Assembly (NCBI GenBank): GCA_950097015.1
Contig: CATNEN010000003.1
Coordinates: 10,974,001-11,038,000 of the forward strand
DNA: 64,000 nucleotides
Reading direction: 5' to 3'
Source of the DNA: Macrostomum hystrix
Taxonomy: Eukaryota > Animalia > Platyhelminthes
In this document: in pieces, positions 12,455 through 25,991 of the stretch
Layout: each line of letters opens with the position of its first letter
Numbering within the stretch: position 1 is the first letter of the stretch
Notes under the pieces: generated by a model
Told to the model about the DNA's origin: nothing
The model's database searches: none
The model's input: the letters and a program-made list of their open reading frames with translations, nothing else
Position numbers and translations under genes: made by a program

Positions 12455-13392
12455 GGGGTTGTAGCTTAGTGGTTAGAGCGACGGACTCACTAAACCAGGG
12501 GTAGGCAAACTTATTTGCTGGCGGGCCAAAGAGAGAACCTAAAAGACGACAGCGGGCCGCATTGACTGTATAAATATGAGATAGGGGAGAGATGAGACAC
12601 GGGAGAGATGAGACACGAGAGAGATGAGACACGGGAGAGATGAGACACGGGAGAGATTAGACACGGGAGAGATGAGACACGAGAGAGATGAGACACGGGA
12701 GAGATGAGACACGGGAGAGATTAGACACGGGAGAGATGAGACACGAGAGAGATGAGACACGGGAGAGATGAGACATGGGAGAGATAAAACACGGTATAAG
12801 AGATGAGACACGGGAGAGATGAGACACGGGAGAGATTAGACACGGGAGAGATTAGACACGGGAGAGATGAGAAACAGGAGAGATAAGACACAGGACAGAT
12901 TAGACACGGGAGAGATAAGACACGAGAGAGATAAGACACGGGAGAGATTAGACACGGGAGAGATGAGACACGGGAGAGATTAGACACGAGAGAGATGAGA
13001 CACGGGAGAGATGAGACACGGGAGAGATTAGACACGGGAGAGATTAGACACGGGAGAGATGAGAAACAGGAGAGATAAGACACAGGACAGATTAGACACG
13101 GGAGAGATAAGACACGAGAGAGATAAGACACGGGAGAGATTAGACACGGGAGAGATGAGACACGGGAGAGATTAGACACGAGAGAGATGAGACACGGGAG
13201 AGATAAGACACGGGAGAGATTAGACACGAGAGAGATTAAACAGGACACTGTAGATGTCAGAAGGGGCAACGGGCCGGATTTGGGAGCTTCGAGGGCCGCA
13301 TCTGGCCCGCGGGCCGGAGTTTGCCGACCCCTGCACTAAACAAAGGTCGGGGTTCGATTCCTGACTACACTGGAACAATTTTTGTCCTTTTT
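12455..13392 (+). mobile_element. tRNA-derived SINE family 1 head, split by the hAT MITE
   Basis: GGGGTTGTAGCTTAGTGGTTAGAGCG lies before the MITE; GGTTCGATTCCTGACTACACTGGAACAATTTTTGTCC lies after it. Confidence 0.8.
12496..13333 (+). mobile_element. Non-autonomous hAT (Charlie/MER30-like) MITE with internal 16-bp minisatellite (GAGAGATGAGACACGG)n at about 12585-13245
   Basis: TIRs CAGGGGTAGGCAAAC / GTTTGCCGACCCCTG; perfect 8-bp TSD CACTAAAC (12488-12495 and 13334-13341); GGGCCG-rich subterminal motifs. Confidence 0.93.
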
Positions 13393-14678
13393 GCAAGACG
13401 AAAAACTTCAGGCACGATAAGACGATAAAGCAAAAAATTGTCGCGAAGTTTAAATTGAACAGCAGCTTTATTAAGGAACATTAATATATTTTTTAGGCTA
13501 ATTATATTAATTAAGTATATACTTTTGATACATTAAAGCTAAGTATATCATATTTATTTGTTCTTGGCAGATATAGAATTTGATAAAACATTATATGATT
13601 CTAATTACTAGCAAAAGTAGTCTAAGAATAATATTTAAATTTGAAAGAAAAAGTCCCAGATGGTTGAAAAAGTTGGAAATTGAAACAAATATAGTTCAAT
13701 GTACATGCCAGTGTTCATGTCCAGCGATCAGTTATGTGTCAAAGTCAATTCTCAGGATTATGAGCTTTCAAAGAAATTAACGATTTCGTTTAACGCACAC
13801 AGAACCGTTTCAAACAGATCTAATGAATAAAAAACTTCATCAAAATATAAATTATAAAAGGTGATCACACTGAAAGGTAAGGTACTACTACTAATAATAC
13901 ATTCGTATATAAAATATAACTTAAAAAATGAGGCAAGAGGAACGTTCTAAAAGTCCTGTTTCGCAATAATTTTAAACAGTTTTCTTTAATCGCTTTAAAC
14001 AAGTTTTTATTTAGTCTACTCACTTGAGTCAACAAAAAGAAATGAAATAGTAATTGGATATATTTAACAAAAGCAATACAAATTGTATTTCTTATTAAAA
14101 AACTGTAAGCTACACAAAACAAAAGCAAAAAAGCATACACGACTGGAAAGTTTGTAATAAGGCTGATTTCAAATAAAAAATATATCTAAACATATAAAAT
14201 TGAATAGATGCATTCTTAAACAAAACCTGTTTTGTTCATTCCTATGCTGCAGAGAGATTCAGATATATAATAGGCATTGATGAAACAAAATTTTAAGCAT
14301 CTGCCACCAAATGAGCTGTGGAGTTATGGACATTAGGAATATATTTACAAGCTTCAGACAGCAAAACTAAGTCTTTCAACACATAACGGAGGCCTTGAGA
14401 TTCAATTTTAAAGCAAAACATAATTTTGTAACATTTGTACCAATAAAAATAAAATCTTTTGAAAGTTAGAAGAATAATCATTTAAAAAAAATATTTAGCA
14501 TAATATGTTACTGTCAGTGATAAAAATATTTACAATGAAAATAAAAAATGAGAATCACAATAGCTTGAAAGTTTAGGTCTCCAAAAGTTACAAATAGATC
14601 AACATTTTCACTGAGGTTTCGCATGTAATACAAAAGTCTTCAAATCACAGATTGGCATATTGAAATCCTGTTTTGTTC

Positions 14679-15781
14679 TCAAGCTTGCACAACAGAACCT
14701 TGTGGTGTACGAGTTACTGCATACATTGATGCAGTGCCACTGACAAGGGCTTCTCTGAAATAGTTTCATAGAACAGAACATGACTAATGTTAATGTACTA
14801 TTAGTATTAGTAGATAAAAAATCAATGATAAGGAATGAAAGAAAATATGTGTATAAATGAACACTTACCCTGGTTGTTTCATTTGACGAGAACTGACAGT
14901 GTTGATAGATATCATTGATTCATTTGCAGCAGCAAACTAAAATACAGAAATATGTTTTTGTTTTAATAAATAAACAGCCTTTTATGCTTAAAATGTAAAA
15001 AATGTAAATATAAATATGGTAAAACATTCAGCCTATCATTAGAGTAAGCGAGTTTATAAAATGGACTAGATAAGTTGCGTTAAAACAGCTAGCTAGTCAA
15101 ATAACAAAATTAATTTTCATTAGTTTTAATTAGACAAGCTACAAATCCAAAACTTTATTAAAAACATACCTTAATCTTCTTTCTCTCCCTGCTGCTGATC
15201 ATGTAGGCGTCATAGTACAGTTTGAGTGCTCCACCAAAACAAGCAATACCACAGGCAATTAGAATAGGACCAACAATTTCTCCTTTGTCAATAGACAGCA
15301 TAATATTGTTGTGAAATCGAAGTCCAAGCACAGTGCCACCAGCAATCACAAATAGAGCACCAAGAACAGCAACACCAATGCAAGCTAGAAATGGAGTTCG
15401 ACCGTTGCCGTAGTAGGGTGCCATTAAACTGCCACGAAGCTTGCTGTCATGGTATTCCTGTTGGATACTTGTTTTGCCACTTCTCTGGCTGGCTAAGGAA
15501 GCTTTGGATGCTCCAAGACTGCGAGATTGCCTAACCAAACTGTTGCGAGAGAAACTTTTCTGGCCCATCATAGAACCACGAGCAAAATTACCACTCTGAT
15601 AGTGGCTCATGGATGGGTGAGGGTTGGACACGCCTGGATAGCCGACAGGAACACCAGTGCTAATCATGCTACCTGCTTGGCTTGGTCTGTACGAACGAGG
15701 TGGATTCGCTGCCGGAGGATAAAGGTGAGCCTGTGTTGTCGGTGCTGCATAATGCGAACGGCTTCCATTACTACTCGCCAT
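14679..15781 (-). CDS. Three-exon two-TM membrane protein, about 251 aa (exons 15781-15170, 14936-14869, 14754-14679)
   Basis: Canonical GT-AG junctions with consistent phases (0, 2) ending at TGA; Ser/Gly/Pro-rich N-terminus and two hydrophobic helices. Confidence 0.85.
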
Positions 15782-16581
15782 TTTATTTCACAAACACAAT
15801 AGGCCTACTAAGACCGTAAGTCAAGACAACTAAGCTTTATTTAGTTCAGAATCGTTTCCTGGTGTTCAAATTAAATTTGTTTTCGCGTCTTAGTTAATAT
15901 ATTAAAACAAAATACATTTACAAGCTAAAATTTTTAAAGCATTAATATCAAATTATTTGTGTAAATCAGTTTTTTACACAATTAAAATTTTTTTGTTTCT
16001 AGTTATTATATTTTTACTTCTCATTTTCGTCGCAATTGTTATTTGGGTGAGTGCTTGGGAAGGAAGTGAAATGCTCTGATTCCATTAAATTTGAGTATGA
16101 ATCGAGTTTCTTTTCATCCAAACACAAACAAGTTGAATGTTTGAAATTGAAAAGCTTATGATAGCAAAGTATACACTTTTTGCCCATTCGATTATTTAAT
16201 TTTTAGAGTAAATTGACAATAAGAAATTCTTTTATGATAAAGCTTAATTACAGAAGTCAGAATCTAAATTAATTCGTATTTATACACAAACTTCGAATGG
16301 ACTTATTTACACTAAACAATCACTTTGGAAAAAACAATCTAATGTATTATGTTTTATGCATTCAGTTAAGAATAGCATGCACAGCATGCAATGATATAAT
16401 TAATTTAGCCATCGCAGTTCTGGAGCTTCTGGAGCTTGCACCCGATTGGCTGCTCGAATAACATATGCATCGAAATGATTCTCACAAATACAAATACAAA
16501 CTTATTTTATGCCAGTTCGAATTAACTTAACTCACTACTACGGCTTTAATCAAAGTAAAAAAATTATTTGACCATATAAAA

Positions 16582-18902
16582 ATGAATTTTCGTAGTGAAC
16601 ATTGCAAGGTCAGAAGCGACTTCACTATTGACAGCTTGCTCAAATTACAATCAGGCTCAACTCGCCAGGCAGAAGTGCCATCGCCAGCAACAGCTAATCT
16701 CATAGATTTGGCCATCTATTATAACTACTGGCATCAAATGGCATCATCGTCCATTGCGCAGGCTAGACCTCACTGCCAGCAGACAGCTAAATGTACAAAC
16801 GAAGGACTGATTGCTTCTGCAGTTGAAGCAACAGACGCTTTGGCACCTGACAAAAAAGGTAAGGCGGGAGAACGCGTTTAGTATGACTCCTCTATTCCCA
16901 TCTTCCTCTCACCTCTATCCCCTTCTTCCTCTCACCCTATCCCAATCTTTCTCTCACCCCTATCCCGAACTTCCTCTCACCCCTATCCTGATCTTCTTCT
17001 CACCTCTATTCCCATCTTCCTCTCACCCCTATCCCCATCTCCCTCTCACCACTATCCCCACCTTCCTCTTTCCCTTATCACTAATCTTCCCCTTACCCGG
17101 CCTCCCCATCTTCCTCTCCTCTATCTCACCTTCATCAACTGTCATCTATATTCCTCACCTGTATCTCCATCTCTCCTGTATAAATCTCACCCTTTTCGCG
17201 CCTCACACCTCAGTAGCAGTCAAAGTTTATGCAAAAGTTTATTAATTAACGAATAAAGCCTAAACACTAGGACTAAACCTGTAAAACAGCTTTCAATCAC
17301 TTTTATCATGTACTTGAGTCGCTTCAGCAGTTACATAGATCTCATTAATCTACTCAAAACTGCTATGCGGTTGGTCTTCTAATAAATCTACTTAACTCGC
17401 TTAAAATAGCGAAACTGAAATACAATTGTTCTCATTGGACCTCACTGTATATATATAATATATCTAGGCTGTAATGTGACACCCCTACTCCAAACTTTGA
17501 GTTAATTTTCCAGTTATTGCGGTCTTAAACTGCCCTCACACCTCGATGAAGTGTCATCTCTGGTGTCAGCTGGCATATCAGACGCTTACTTAATGTGACA
17601 GTGTGATGTGCTTGATTGATGCATATTGAGCTCGTTAAGCATACATGCTTGTTTAGACCACCTATTAATCAAAATAATAAGATAGTTTATTAGTGAAATT
17701 GAGACAACTCATAATCAGCAAGAGGCTCTTCTGAGCACAGCTAAAGAGCAGCTCTGTCAGTCAAAGTTAATTAGATGGTTTTGGCAAAATGGATTTAGTA
17801 TTCTAAACATTTTAGAAAATTAGGGACTTAGCTCTTATCTAGTAATTTTAGTTACACAGCTAAGGCAATAAATTTCACCGCATTTTTTGCACATTCTAAA
17901 TTATCGCATTTTATCATGCAATCGTGATCGCAGTGGGAGCGATAAGGAAGCAGTTAGCGAGAGGAATGTGTGATGGGGTGGAGTGTGCAATAAGGAAGCA
18001 ATTAGCGAGAGGAATGTGTGATGGGGTGGTGGGTGCGATAAGGAAGCAATTAGCGAGAGGAATGTGTGATGGGGTGGTGGGTGCGATAAGGAAGCAGTTA
18101 GCGAGAGGAATGTGTGATGGGGTGGAGTGTGCAATAAGGAAGCAGTTAGCGAGAGGAATGAGTGATGGGTGGTGGGTGCGATAAGGAAGCAATTAGCGAG
18201 AGGAATGTGTGATGGGGTGGTGGGTGCGATAAGGAAGCAGTTAGCGAGAGGAATGTGTGATGGGGTGGAGTGTGCAATAAGGAAGCAATTAGCGAGAGGA
18301 ATGTGTGATGGGGTGGTGGGTGCGATAAGGAAGCAGTTAGCGAGAGGAATGTGTGATGGGGTGGTGGGTGCGATAAGGAAGCAGTTAGCGAGAGGAATGT
18401 GTGATGGGGTGGAGTGTGCAATAAGGAAGCAGTTAGCGAGAGGAATGTGTGATGGGGTGGTGGGTGCGATAAGGAAGCAGTTAGCGAGAGGAATGTGTGA
18501 TGGGGTGGAGTGTACAATAAGGAAGGAGTTAGCGAAAGGAATGTGTGATGGGGTGGTTGATGTTAAATCACGAGTTAAACAAAAAATGAACGCTTTTAAT
18601 TCGTGCTCCAACACTCAGACACAGCAAAAGAATCGACAGCCCTTCTCGCTGCCACCACCGCTGCCATCGCTGTGCCGCAGTCTAGTCCAAAGCGACGACG
18701 TCAGCCGCGAACGGTGTTCAACGACGTGCAGCTGCTTCAATTGGAAGCCCGATTTCGTGAGCAGGCTTATCTGAGTCCGTCTGACCGGGAGCTGCTGGCT
18801 GCTAACCTGAACCTTAGCGACACTCAGGTGAAAACCTGGTTTCAGAATCGACGTATGAAGCAGAAGAAGTTGACAGCATTGCGAATGATCCGAAGGAACT
18901 GA
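16582..18902 (+). CDS. Bsx: Bsx/bsh-like NK-class homeobox gene (exons 16582-16858 and about 18619-18902)
   Basis: eh1 motif FTIDSLL; phase-1 G|gtaagg donor matches cag| acceptor; homeodomain RRQPRTVFNDVQL...QVKTWFQNRRMKQKK. Confidence 0.8.
16885..17195 (+). repeat. Degenerate polypyrimidine low-complexity repeat in the Bsx intron
   Basis: Repeated CTCTCACCCCTATCCC-like units. Confidence 0.7.
17935..18557 (+). repeat. 48-bp minisatellite in the Bsx intron
   Basis: (GCGATAAGGAAGCAGTTAGCGAGAGGAATGTGTGATGGGGTGGTGGGT)n. Confidence 0.96.
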
Positions 18903-20009
18903 ACCTACAAAGCAGTTACTGAGGTCTTTAGCCCCACCAAGCTGAAAAGTTGCTGTCAATATGAGCAGAAAATGTTAGACATGAGTAGAAACTGATAGAC
19001 AATAAGTTAGATACTAACTGAGATTCACAAAGCAATAACAAATCACAAGTTTATGTATTATTAACCCATGTAAGCATGTAAAGATTTTACTCATTAAAAT
19101 TAAATGTTTATTTGATTACAATAATAATAACATGCATAAAGTTCCATGTAAATGAATTTATTTAACGCACTTGTATGTAACACACACGTCACATTTGTTG
19201 CTATCATAACTCGTAGTTTCATTAAATTTAAGTTTTTAAAGACAAAATTGTAAGTGGCGAAATAGCAAGAATTGCGAACAAGAAGAACGAGTTGTTGTTT
19301 TTTACAACAAAATAGCTATCATAATGAGTTAAAAGAAAAATTTATTTGAAATTTTCAGATGCATTATTATTGGTAATGAAAAAAAGAAATTGTCACTCAT
19401 CAATGATATAATTATAATTGTTATAATTCATTCAGAGTTCTGCAATGACTGCTTTGCTGCGAAAATACCGAACTGCAACGAACGAATTAAAACTAGATAT
19501 TAGAATATATTACTAGGTATAGAATTTGATATTCGATATTAAATTTTTATTATTATCATCCTGTTGAGTAATATAATACTTTATTATTATTACAGTATTT
19601 TACTCTATGTATGATATGAATTAGGAAGAAAATATTTTCTTTGAATAAATGTCGCATGCGCAGAAATAGAAACTTAACTGAGCAAAATACCACGTTGGCG
19701 TTATATACAAGCGAATTAATTCCGGAAACGTTCTTTATAGTACAGTTGTATGTTCCGATGATCGATCTCAGGGAAGTTGTTTCATCAATTTTATTCTAAT
19801 ACATGATGATTGACACCTGGTCAGTCGGGCGCGTCTCGCGGCTGATCGACATCGGCTAACTAAAATTTACACATGTAAAAAATGAATCTTCTTAAAAAGA
19901 GCTAAGAATTTATAGTATAGTAAAAAAAGTTTTCCGTGACTGAACATTACTAAGACAATGTTTCTTATGGCAGAATTAAACTAAATTTTTCATAGCCTAT
20001 GGCACGCCC

Positions 20010-20623
20010 TTTGTTTCCCATAGACTCTTCCGCAGCCTTAGTTTCCCATAGAATATTCCAAGCCGTAAGTTTCCCATAGAATATTCCAAGCCGTAAGTTT
20101 CCCATAGAATATTCCAAGCCGTAAGTTTCCCATAGAATATTCCAAGCCGTAAGTTTCCCATAGAATATTCCAAGCCGTAAGTTTCCCATAGAATATTCCA
20201 AGCCGTAAGTTTCCCATAGAATATTCCAAGCCGTAAGTTTCCCATAGAATATTCCAAGCCGTAAGTTTCCCATAGAATATTCCAAGCCGTAAGTTTCCCA
20301 TAGAATATTCCAAGCCGTAAGTTTCCCATAGAATATTCCAAGCCGTAAGTTTCCCATAGACGATTCGATGCACCGTAAGTTTCCCATTGAATATTCCAAG
20401 CCGTAAGTTTCCCATAGACGATTCGATGCACCCTAAGTTTCCCATAGACGACTCGATGCACCCTAAGTTTCCCATAGACGATTCGATGCACCCTAAGTTT
20501 CCCATTGACGATTCGATGCACCCTAAGTTTCCCATAGACGATTCGATGCACCCTAAGTTTCCCATTAACGATTTCATGCACCCTAAGTTTCCCATAGACG
20601 ATTCGATGCACCCTAAGTTTCCA
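20010..20623. repeat. Two-part minisatellite: 28-bp and 30-bp units sharing AAGTTTCCCATAGA
   Basis: Tandem periodicity; abuts the stop codon of the TALE gene. Confidence 0.96.
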
Positions 20624-23600
20624 TCAGTTTATCAAATATAGAGTCAATCTCGCCTCCTCCGTAACGCCGTTTTCCAACTCGATCTGAATCAGAGGCACCT
20701 CGGAACCGTCGACCTCGGACTCCAGCGAGGCGGCAAGATTTACTGCCGATTTTGAACGCATTCTTTTATTGGCGAACCACTTCTTGACTTGAGCATAGTT
20801 GAGTCCAGTCAAGGCCGAGAGAGCCTTCGTGTCCTCGCCTGACGGATAAGGCTTCTCGCAGTGCTCGCTGAACCATTTCAATAGAAGCCTATTTTGAGCC
20901 GGTGTGAAATTCTGTCGCTGAGTTTTAACCTGAGACTCAACTTCAGCCTCATCCGTCTGATCCATCAGCGATGTTGAAGTTGGACACGCGACCGAATTTT
21001 GACGCTGTTGATGCGCCAGCCGAGATCGCCGACCATCGCCCTGTTGACGACGAACTTTGCTAGCCTGCTTGGCCGCTGCCTTAGACGGTTGCGGAGGATG
21101 AGACTCCAGTTCATCAGGCTGCTGCTGCTGCTGTTGCTGCTGCTGTTGCTTAACTTCCTTCACAGTCAAATTCTGAGTTTCCTCAGGCCCTCCCGGCAGC
21201 TGCAATGAAATAACATTAGACTTAGATGTAATTTTAACTGATTTGATTGTCAAAATATTCAACTCTCATTATCATTCGGTTTTTTACTCCCTGACATCAC
21301 CTACTCGCTCTCTCTGACTCATATTCTGTCTTTGAATCTTTACTACACTCTCACTGACTCTTGTCTATTCTCTCCCCGAGTCTCGCCTACTCTTTCGCTC
21401 TCTGAGTCTAGCCTAATCTCTCTCTGACCCTCATCTACTCTCACTCTGACTCTCACTCTCTCTCACTCTTACTCTCACTCACTCTCTCTGACTCTCATCT
21501 ACTCTCACTCTGACTCTCACTCTCTCTCACTCTGACTCTCACTCTCTCTCACTCTGACTCTCACTCTCTCTCACTCTGACTCTCACTCTCTCTCACTCTG
21601 ACTCTCACTCACTCTCTCTCTGACTCTCATCTACTCTCACTCTGACTCTCACTCACTCTCTCTCTGACTCTCATCTACTCTCACTCTAACTCTCACCTAC
21701 TCTCTCTCTCTCTGACTCTCATCTACTCTCACTCTGACTCTCACTCACTCTCTCTCTGACTCTCATCTACTCTCACTCTAACTCTCACTCACTCTCTCTG
21801 ACTCTCATTCACTCTCTCTCTGACTCTCACTCACTCTCTCTCTGACTCTCACTCATTCTCACTCTAACTCTCACTCACTCTCTCTCTGACTCTCACTCAC
21901 TCTCTCTCTGACTCTCACTCACTCTCTCTCTGACTCTCATCTACTCTCACTCTAACTCTCACTCACTCTCTCTGACTCTCATTCACTCTCTCTCTGACTC
22001 TCACTCACTCTCTCTCTGACTCTCACTCATTCTCTCTCTGAATCTCACTCACTCTCTCTCTGACTCTCACTCATTCTCTCTCTGAATCTCACTCACTCTC
22101 TCTCTGACTCTCACTCATTCTCTCTCTGAATCTCACTCACTCTCTCTCTGACTCTCACTCATTTTCTCTCTGAATCTCACTCACTCTCTCTCTGACTCTC
22201 ACTCATTCTCTCTCTGAATCTCACTCACTCTCTCTCTGACTCTCACTCATTCTCTCTCTGAATCTCACTCACTCTCTCTCTGACTCTCACTCATTCTCTC
22301 TCTGAATCTCACTCACTCTCTCTCTGACTCTCACTCATTCTCTCTCTGAATCTCACTCACTCTCTCTCTGACTCTCACTCATTCTCTCTCTGAATCTCAC
22401 TCACTCTCTCTCTGACTCTCACTCATTCTCTCTCTGAATCTCACTCACTCTCTCTCTGACTCTCACTCATTCTCTCTCTGAATCTCACTCACTCTCTCTT
22501 TCTCTCTGACTCTCACCTGTAGCCGCTGAGTCAGCTGCAGGCGATTCAATGTGAGTCCCTGCAGTTGTGGCTCAGTGTTTGCCGTGTGAGCTATTCGCGC
22601 AGCCGCTATCAAATGCTGCTGCTGCTGTTGCTGAGTCAGCCTTGTCGGGTCCCAGATTTTCAAAGGAAAATACAGCCCCGAAGGTAAAGCCAAAGTTGTG
22701 GTACCACTGGTTGAGCAGCTGCCTATGGCCAACACCGCGGCGTCTGTTCTTGACTCTGTAAGCATCGGCTGCTGCTGCTGTATTACCAATGGTGGCTTAA
22801 AAAACTTCACGGCTGTTTGATGCTGCTGATTTGCGACAAAGTTTAGTTGGCGAAGCTCCAAATTATTGTCCGCGTTTGTTGATAGCTTCTCCTGTAGTAG
22901 GCATGATTTTTTTCAACAGCTTTTAAACCAAATGTGACTTTCGTAGATTTCTACTTTAAGTAGTATTTAAGGGGTGAAAACCTTTACGCCTACTAGAGGG
23001 AGAACATGAGAATTTGCAACTCGTCGAAAAAACGAAAGATACAAGGAAAATTTTGCAAGACTTGACAGAGAGACAGGTGCGAGGGAGACAGGTGCGAGGG
23101 AGACAGGTGAGAGGTAGATAGGTGAGAGGGAGACAGGTGAGAGGGAGACAGGTGAGAGAGAGACAGGTGAGAGGGAGACAGGTGAGAGGGAGACAGGTGA
23201 GAGGTGAGAGGGAGTCAGGTGAGAGGGAGACAGGTGAGAGGGAGTCAGGTGAGAGGGAGACAGGTGAGAGGGAGACAGGTGAGAGGGAGACAGATGAGAG
23301 GGAGACAGGTGCGAGGGAGACAGGTGAGAGGTGAGAGGGAGACAGGTGAGAGGGAGACAGGTGAGAGGGAGACAGATGAGAGGTGAGAGGGAGACAGGTG
23401 AGAGGTGAGAAGGAGACAGATGAGAGGGAGACAGGTGAGAGGGAGTCAGGTGAGAGGGAGTCAGGTGAGAGGGAGACAGGTGAGAGGTGAGAGGGAGACA
23501 GGTGAGAGGGAGACAGGTGAGAGGGAGACAGGTGAGAGGGAGACAGATGAGAGGTGAGAGGGAGACAGGTGAGAGGTGAGAAGGAGACAGATGAGAGGGA

Positions 23601-24356
23601 GACAGGTGAGAGGGAGTCAGGTGAGAGGGAGACAGGTGCGAGGGAGACAGGTGAGAGGTGAGAGGGAGACAGGTGAGAGGGAGACAGGTGCGAGGGAGAC
23701 AGGTGAGAGGTGAGAGGGAGACAGGTGAGAGGTGAGAAGGAGACAGATGAGAGGGAGACAGGTGAGAGGGAGTCAGGTGAGAGGGAGTCAGGTGAGAGGG
23801 AGACAGGTGAGAGGTGAGAGGGAGACAGGTGAGAGGGAGACAGGTGAGAGGGAGACAGGTGAGAGGGAGACAGGTGAGAGGTGAGAGGGAGTCAGGTGAG
23901 AGGGAGACAGGTGAGAGGGAGACAGGTGAGAGGTGAGAGGGAGACAGGTGAGAGGTGAGAAGGAGACAGGTGAGAGGGAAACAGGTGAGAGGGAGACAGG
24001 TGAGAGGGAGACAGGTGAGAGGTGAGAGGGAGACAGGTGAGAGGTGAGAAGGAGACAGATGAGAGGGAGACAGGTGAGAGGAAGTCAGGTGAGAGGGAGA
24101 CAGGGGAGAGGGAGACAGGTAAGAGAGAAGATTTAGCTGTATCAAAATTACAAAAGACCATGCTTTTTACCGGAATATTCAGTTTGCGCTTTCTTGAACC
24201 AGTTGCTAAAGTAGGCGAGTACTGCTGCTGCTGTTGCTGCTGCTGCTGTTGCTGCTGCTGCTGCCGATGCTTCTCGATATTTTCGTCTTTTTTAGACGAC
24301 AGACATGATCCGTTTTCGTTTTTTGGCAACTTCAGATCTTCCGTCACAAGCAGATC
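20624..24356 (-). CDS. Divergent TALE-class homeobox gene (exons 24356-24171, 22891-22517, 21199-20624); 5' exon probably 28105-27872
   Basis: Homeodomain with TALE loop (WFSEHCEKPYPS) and QVKKWFANKRMR; all junctions are GT-AG phase 0; poly-Q in each exon. Confidence 0.8.
21400..22516. repeat. CT-rich 22/44-bp minisatellite filling a TALE intron up to the donor
   Basis: (TCTGAATCTCACTCACTCTCTCTCTGACTCTCACTCATTCTCTC)n. Confidence 0.95.
23067..24120. repeat. 15-bp minisatellite (GAGAGGGAGACAGGT)n in a TALE intron
   Basis: Tandem periodicity with occasional 7-bp inserts. Confidence 0.96.
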
Positions 24357-24417
24357 CTGGAATGGGATCAGTTTATCTTGAAAGTTTGGGATGAGTTCAA
24401 AAAGAAATCCCATTTAG

Positions 24418-25492
24418 AAATGGGATCATTCTGTCTTTGAGAATGGGATCATTCTGTCATATAAGTATGGGATCATTCTGTCATATAAGTATGGGATCAT
24501 TCTGTCATATAAGTATGGGATCATTCTGTCATATAAGAATGGGATCATTCTGTCATATAAGAATGGGATCATTCTGTCATATAAGAATGGGATAATTCTG
24601 TCATATAAGAATGGGATCATTCTGTCATATAAGAATGGGATAATTCTGTCATATAAGTATGGGATCATTCTGTCATATAAGTATGGGATCATTCTGTCAT
24701 ATAAGTATGGGATCATTCTGTCATATAAGAATGGGATCATTTTGTCATATAAGAATGGGATCATTCTGTCATATAAGAATGGGATCATTCTGTCATATAA
24801 GAATGGGATCATTCTGTCATATAAGAATGGGATCATTCTGTCATATAAGAATGGGATCATTCTGTAATTGAGGAATGGGATAATTCTGTAATTGAGGAAT
24901 GGGATCATTCTGTAATTGAGGAATGGGATCATTTTGTATTTGAGGAATGGGATCATTCTGTAATTGAGGAATGGGATCATTCTGTAATTGAGGAATGGGA
25001 TCATTCTCTAATTGAGGAATGGGATCATTCTGTAATTGAGGAATGGGATCATTCTGTAATTGAGGAATGGGATCATTCTGTAATTGAGGAATGGGATCAT
25101 TCTGTACTTGAGGAATGGGATCATTCTGTAATTGAGGAATGGGATCATTCTGTAATTGAGGAATGGGATCATTCTGTAATTGAAGAATGGGATCATTCTG
25201 TAATTGAGGAATGGGATCATTCTGTAATTGAGGAATGGTATCATTCTGTAATTGAGGAATGGTATCATTCTGTAATTGAGGAATGGGATCATTCTGTAAT
25301 TGAGGAATGGGATCATTCTGTAATTGAGGAATGGGATCATTCTGTACTTGAGGAATGGGATCATTCTGTAATTGAGGAATGGGATCATTCTGTAATTGAG
25401 GAATGGGATCATTCTGTAATTGAGGAATGGGATCATTCTGTAATTGAGGAATGAGATCATTCTGTAATTGAAGAATGGGATCATTCTGTAAT
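24418..25492. repeat. 24-bp minisatellite with two homogenised sub-arrays
   Basis: TGGGATCATTCTGTCATATAAGAA switches to TGGGATCATTCTGTAATTGAGGAA at about 24865. Confidence 0.97.
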
Positions 25493-25991
25493 TTAGAAAT
25501 TCGTTTACAATTTCCAGCTTGAAAATCACATGATTTGGTGTTTCCAATTGTCGATCTCTACCTATACTGCTGATGACTCAGTTATTGGGTTAAACTCCAG
25601 AGAGGGCTGAAAAAGGCACAATCTCTTCTACGGAACTCGCAAGTCGCGAATTCCTGCCTCGGCAAGTCATCATTCACCTAGGCCTCTCTCCCAACCCAAG
25701 CAGCGGCACCCACTGGCTCCATCTACGATTCTCCTCTCTTACCCCGATTCTAAAAAAATCTCCCCTCCTCTCCTTCTGCTTTCGCGAGGAGAAACGCGAG
25801 TCACGAGGTCAGGGACCGGTATAGCAACCGAGACGCCATCCCACCCGAGTGTTGCTTTGTTGCTGTGGTCTCCCCATAGCTAGCAGATAACAGAAGTCTG
25901 TGAGGATTTATGGACATTGTAATATGGCTGTTGGGTCAATGGAACTGTTTGCCTCGCGACTGTCCCCCCTTGATTGCCCCACATTCTATCA

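Noticed and set aside
12455-13370. Functional or intron-containing tRNA gene
   Set aside because: Stems pair poorly, the 3' flank is shared with a SINE copy, and the insert is a MITE with a TSD.
25568-25615. Hammerhead ribozyme (CTGATGA...)
   Set aside because: The GAAA core is replaced by TAAA and helix I/III pairing is not convincing.
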